Below are positions 59,547-64,000 of a DNA stretch of 64,000 bases, one piece after another. Numbering within the stretch: the stretch's first letter is position 1; every line of letters begins with the position of its first letter. The notes under the pieces are model-generated. The model had not been told where the DNA came from, did not search any database, and saw only the letters and a program-made list of their open reading frames with translations. This DNA is from Macrostomum lignano (lineage: Eukaryota), in contig NIVC01000158.1 of the NCBI GenBank assembly GCA_002269645.1, positions 784,514-848,513 on the forward strand, given 5' to 3'. The position numbers were made by a program, and so were the translations under genes.

Positions 59547-60144
59547 GTGAGCCTTTGCAGCTCATTTTGGGATCCTAACACCTGGGCGCTCGGGTCAAAG
59601 TTGATGCGGGATTAGCCCCGCAGAAAGCAGAAAGCCTTAATCCGTAGTCAAATAAATATTCCAAATTAAATGAGCATTTTATACAATGCAATTATTTTCC
59701 CCAATGCAGTGGATTAATAGCGAGTGAATTAGGGCCATCTCTCCCGCCCATAGCAACTCAACTCAGCTCAAGCAGCAGTTTAATAGAGTGATGCTGATGA
59801 CGCGCTCAGGAAACAGGAAGTGCTGGAAGCTGGTAATGGGAAGCGGCAGAAATGGCATAAACCATGCATCGCGGATGCAGGCAGCAGTCACTATATAGAT
59901 TACGAAGGCCCCTCAAAGGCGCCGGTATGTCGATTGAGTCTCACACCCTCACGGACGGACAATGAGAGACTGCATCATGCATGTCAAGTGCTCGGCCTCA
60001 GCCGTAGCTAAGTGAGTAGCGTGAGCATGAGGGTTGAGGCTTGCTGAAGTCAGAAGGCACAAGAAGGCCTGGAACCAGAATTTGGAGTCAGTCAGAGAAT
60101 CAGCTTGTACCTTTTGGTTACTTCTCCAAAGATGCATAACCGCA

Positions 60145-61131
60145 ATGGCGGATCCGTCTAGGGGAGGTCAAGGTGGTCAAAGACCCCCAGATCCAAAAAA
60201 AATTTCTATTGCGCACGAAATCTAGACTGTGGTGCTAAAATCTAGACTGTGGCGCTAAAATCTAGACTGTGGCGCTAAAATCTAGACTTTGGCGCTTAAA
60301 TCTAGACTGTGGCGCTAAAATCTAGACTGTGGCGCTAAAATCTAGACTGTGGCGCTAAAATCTTGACCGTGGCGCTAAAATCTAGACTGTGGCGCTAAAA
60401 TCCAGACTGTGGCGCTAAAATCTAGACTGTGGCGCTAAAATCTAGACTGTGGCGCTAAAATCTAGACTGTGGCGCTAAAATCTAGACTGTGGCGCTAAAA
60501 TCTAGACCGTGGCGCTAAAATCTAGACTGTGACGCTAAAATCTAGACTGTGACGCTAAAATCTAGACTGTGGCGCTAAAATCTAGACTGTGGCGCTAAAA
60601 TCTAGACCGTGGCGCTAAAATCCAGACTGTGGTGCTAAAATCCAGACTGTGGCGCTAAAATCTAGACTGTGGCGCTAAAATCTAGACTTTGGCGCTAAAA
60701 TCTAGACTGTGGCGCTAAAATCTAGACTGTGGCGCCAAAATCTAGACTGTGGCGCTAAAATCTAGACTTTGGCGCTAAAATCTAGACTTTGTCGCTAAAA
60801 TCTAGACTGTGGCGCTAAAATCTAGACTGTGGCGCTAAAATCTAGACTTTGGCGCTAAAATCTAGACTGTGGCGCTAAAATCTAGACTGTGGCGCTAAAA
60901 TCTAGACTGTGGCGCTAAAATCTAGACTGTGGCGCTAAAATCTAGACTTTGGCGCTAAAATCTAGACTTTGTCGCTAAAATCTAGACTGTGGCGCTAAAA
61001 TCTAGACTTTGGCGCTAAAATCTAGACTGTGGCGCTAAAATCTAGACCGTGTCGCTAAAATCTAGACTGTGTCGCTAAAATCTAGACTGTGGCGCTAAAA
61101 TCTAGACTGCGGCGCTAAACTGGCGCTAGAA
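60145..61131. mobile_element. MITE-like head followed by a 20-bp array (AAAATCTAGACTGTGGCGCT)
   Basis: CAATGGCGGATCCGTCTAGGGGAGG head resembles the CAG(T/G)GGCG termini of non-autonomous TIR elements. Array 60219-61131, about 45 copies. No matching right TIR found. The array is certain; the element label is inferred. Confidence 0.6.
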
Positions 61132-62869
61132 TCTTGCGTTCTTGCGTCCTCATTCTCCCCAACACACTGGGAAAAAATTATTAACGAATATATTCAGCAT
61201 AATCAGGCTCAGGGACACCTGCTACAGTATAAGTGGCCTTGTTGTTTCTGAAGATTTATAAAAAAATTGGCAATCCAGATTTTTCGTTGACGGCCACCTT
61301 GGCAGGCTGGCAGAGTTCAGGGTGGGTGGAGTTTTCTGACACATGCACTGCATAGGTAAAAAATGAGGTTGTCATTGTCGACCGCTTGCTTGTACGCTAT
61401 GAAATTAATGCTTTGCCCGCCCAGCCAGCAGTTGCAGTCAGTTAAATGCTGACTCCACGCCACGCATCCGGTACTTAGCTATGTAAAGCCAGCTTAATCC
61501 CTTCTGTTAATAAAGCGAACAAAAAACACGGGATTTTGGTGATGCAGCTCTGTGCGTTTTGTCTCTGGATTCTGGAAGGAAGGCTTTCTTTAGTTTCTAA
61601 CACTGCTGGATTTCAGTTTCTCAGTGTTTTTGAATTAGTTTTCTTTAATTTTATCTCTTAATTCCTAGCTCATCTCATTTCTTAGATCAGTTCTCACTTT
61701 TCTGGAGTCATATCATCTTATCCCATCTTATCTATAGTCTTATCTGTCATCTAATCTCTTATCTTATCTGTTAAATCATCTAATCTCACCTGTCATCTCA
61801 TCGCATCTGTCATCTCGTCTCATCTGTCATCTCGTCTCATCTTTTAACTAATCTCACCTATCGTCCCATCTCATCGTCTCATCTAATTTCACCTATCATC
61901 TCATCTCATCTCATTACATCTCATCTGATCTTGTTTATCCAATCTGTCTCAAATCATTAGTCATCCCCACCCAAAATCTTCTCTCTTCAGTCTATTTCAA
62001 AAGCAAGATCACATTGAGAGCAAGCGGCATTGGTGGAGGGAAAAAGAAAGGAATGATTGCAAATCATACTTAAGCCGTAGTTCCACCATCGCTTCACCGC
62101 CAGGCCCATTGTGTATGAACAGTTGCCGACAAAAAACTGTGTTGTTGAAACCCCTCTAAAATGTATAAATCCCCCCTTATTGTTCCGAAACGGTTAATTT
62201 AATTGAAGTGATTGCTCGGGATGTGGTGAGGATTTTGGATAAGCCACAGCTCTGTGCCCCGCCTTCTAAATATACTCACAGCTATCATAGCGAGGCGGGC
62301 CTAACAGAGGCCAAAGCCCCCTCTGCAATTAGAAAATTGGCAATGAAAATTTGCGCACAAAATCGCCGAACAGCATGCAGCTAGCGGCATTCAAGCATCC
62401 GTCAGCCCCCCGCCCCCAGATGCAGACAGGTTTTTTTCAAGCAAAACAAAAATGAATGATCAATTCTGAAATGCTCCAAACCACTTGTCAAATTGGAGCA
62501 CTTGTTTGAGTCTCGATTTTTTAATTGGATTTCGGAAACGATTGAAATTTTATCCAGAACCATGACAGGGATTAAAGGAGCCTGCAAATCCGGATGATGA
62601 GCTCTCATTTTTATAATTCGCATGCAGTTTAACTGCAAAATCGGCAAATTTTAATTTAAACAATGACGTGAGTAAGCGATTAAAGGAAATGAGAATTTTA
62701 TAAATTTCTCTTCATTGTTTTTTAAATTATCAAACATCCAAAAACGGCACTCGGGACTCAAAACACAAAATGGTGCTTCAACTTTGAAACCGGCACTTAA
62801 CTAATATCCGAAAAGAACACAAAAATACGAAAAAGGCATTTTGACTCCCAGAATCTCTGATCATTACTC

Positions 62870-63200
62870 AAATTAATAAAATAAATAGCCTTTAAATAAA
62901 CAAAATGAAACTAAAGAGCAAATGGCAATTAAATAAACAAAATAAAACTAAGAAACAAATGGCAATTAAAAAAACAAAATAAAACTAAATAAAAAAATGG
63001 CAATTAAATAAACAAAATGAAACTAAGAAGCAAACGCCAGTTAAATCACTAAAATGACACTATACAAAACAGACGGCAATTAAATAAACGAAATGACTCT
63101 ATACAAAACAAATGGCACATGCACTTGACAGAATGACACAAAAATGGCGCATAAATAAATAAATGACACAGGAAAAAAACAAACGGCACTTGAATAGCCA
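62870..63200. repeat. Degenerate A-rich repeat (AAATGGCAATTAAATAAACAAAATGAAACT-like)
   Basis: About 7-8 decaying units. Confidence 0.7.
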
Positions 63201-64000
63201 AAATAAAATCAGAAAAAAGAACTACATTTGAATTAACAACACGCTAAAAATAGATTTACAAAAATATGTTAGAAAGTGAAGATTTTTATTATTTAAATAC
63301 TGATTTTCCTGGAAAAGAAAAACAAATTAATTTAGAAGCCTTCATTCCCTGGCACAGAGATAAAGGAAGCAGGTCAGTTGAATGGAGAAGGATCAGTTGC
63401 CAGCTTGATGAAAGTATGAAATTGGCAAGAAAGAGATAGCCAGTGTGAAAAGAATTGTTATTGCAGGCAGAAGAACCCTTCAAGGTGTATATAATGCATG
63501 CCACAGTGCCAGACCTTTGGCTTCTTGTCTGAGGCCTAATCAGACAGATCGCATATACGAAATCTGACTGCGCAGGAGAAGTTGGGACGGGCCTGCAACA
63601 GCTGATCAAGCTATCTTGATCAACCAAAATGGGAAGTTAATCCCACCTTTCTCCAGCCTCGTCTTCGCAACAACCTCCCCCTCCCTACTTCCCCCCAAAA
63701 AACTGAAAAAAAGGCAATTCTTTCAAGCCTATATCGGCTGTGGTTACTCTTTATCTGACCCGTCCATCAGCCACACTCCGAAGTTTCGCTGCTGGCAGGC
63801 CAAGGTAGCTGGCATTAAGACCGAATTGGATATCGTAGCGCGCATAGCATCCTATACGAGCTCCAACTAATAAAAAGTAGGTTCCCTTTTTAACAGACGC
63901 TCCTATTAGGCAGTACGCAGTGTCAGGTGACAGTGGCTGACGGAACGCACAGGCGGGGGGCCTGGCCCTGAACTATGGGGGGCTTCCTCCTGGAACTCAG

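Overview
Eukaryotic (animal) genomic DNA. It has GT-AG introns, GC-rich exons, and very dense microsatellites and minisatellites. The style suggests a flatworm such as Macrostomum, but that is an inference. I reconstructed exons by hand from splice sites and reading frames, and seven protein-coding loci are supported: an intronless orphan ORF (7728-8606 +); COX4 (2 exons, +); a RING/B-box/coiled-coil/NHL TRIM protein (3 exons, +); two tandem 9-exon TMEM145/GPR180-family paralogs (-); an intronless rhodopsin-class peptide-type GPCR (+); and a Six3/6 homeobox gene (2 exons, -). The rest holds about 20 different tandem arrays, four copies of a tRNA-headed CORE-like SINE, a second tRNA-Arg-headed SINE-like element with a (CTGT)n tail, a LINE RT remnant and several MITEs, one with clear hAT hallmarks. 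The most interesting observations are: (1) an apparent gene-conversion tract that makes the transmembrane exon of the two old TMEM145 paralogs nearly identical; (2) MITE-borne minisatellites that multiply a TTTT(G/A)GCGCC (E2F-like) core, including two oppositely oriented arrays just upstream of six3/6; (3) a 2.5-kb foldback whose arms are mirrored microsatellites plus a 76-bp unique inverted repeat. There is no CRISPR array, rRNA operon or intact transposase. Most long ORFs in the supplied track are repeat artefacts. Repeat boundaries and copy numbers are approximate.
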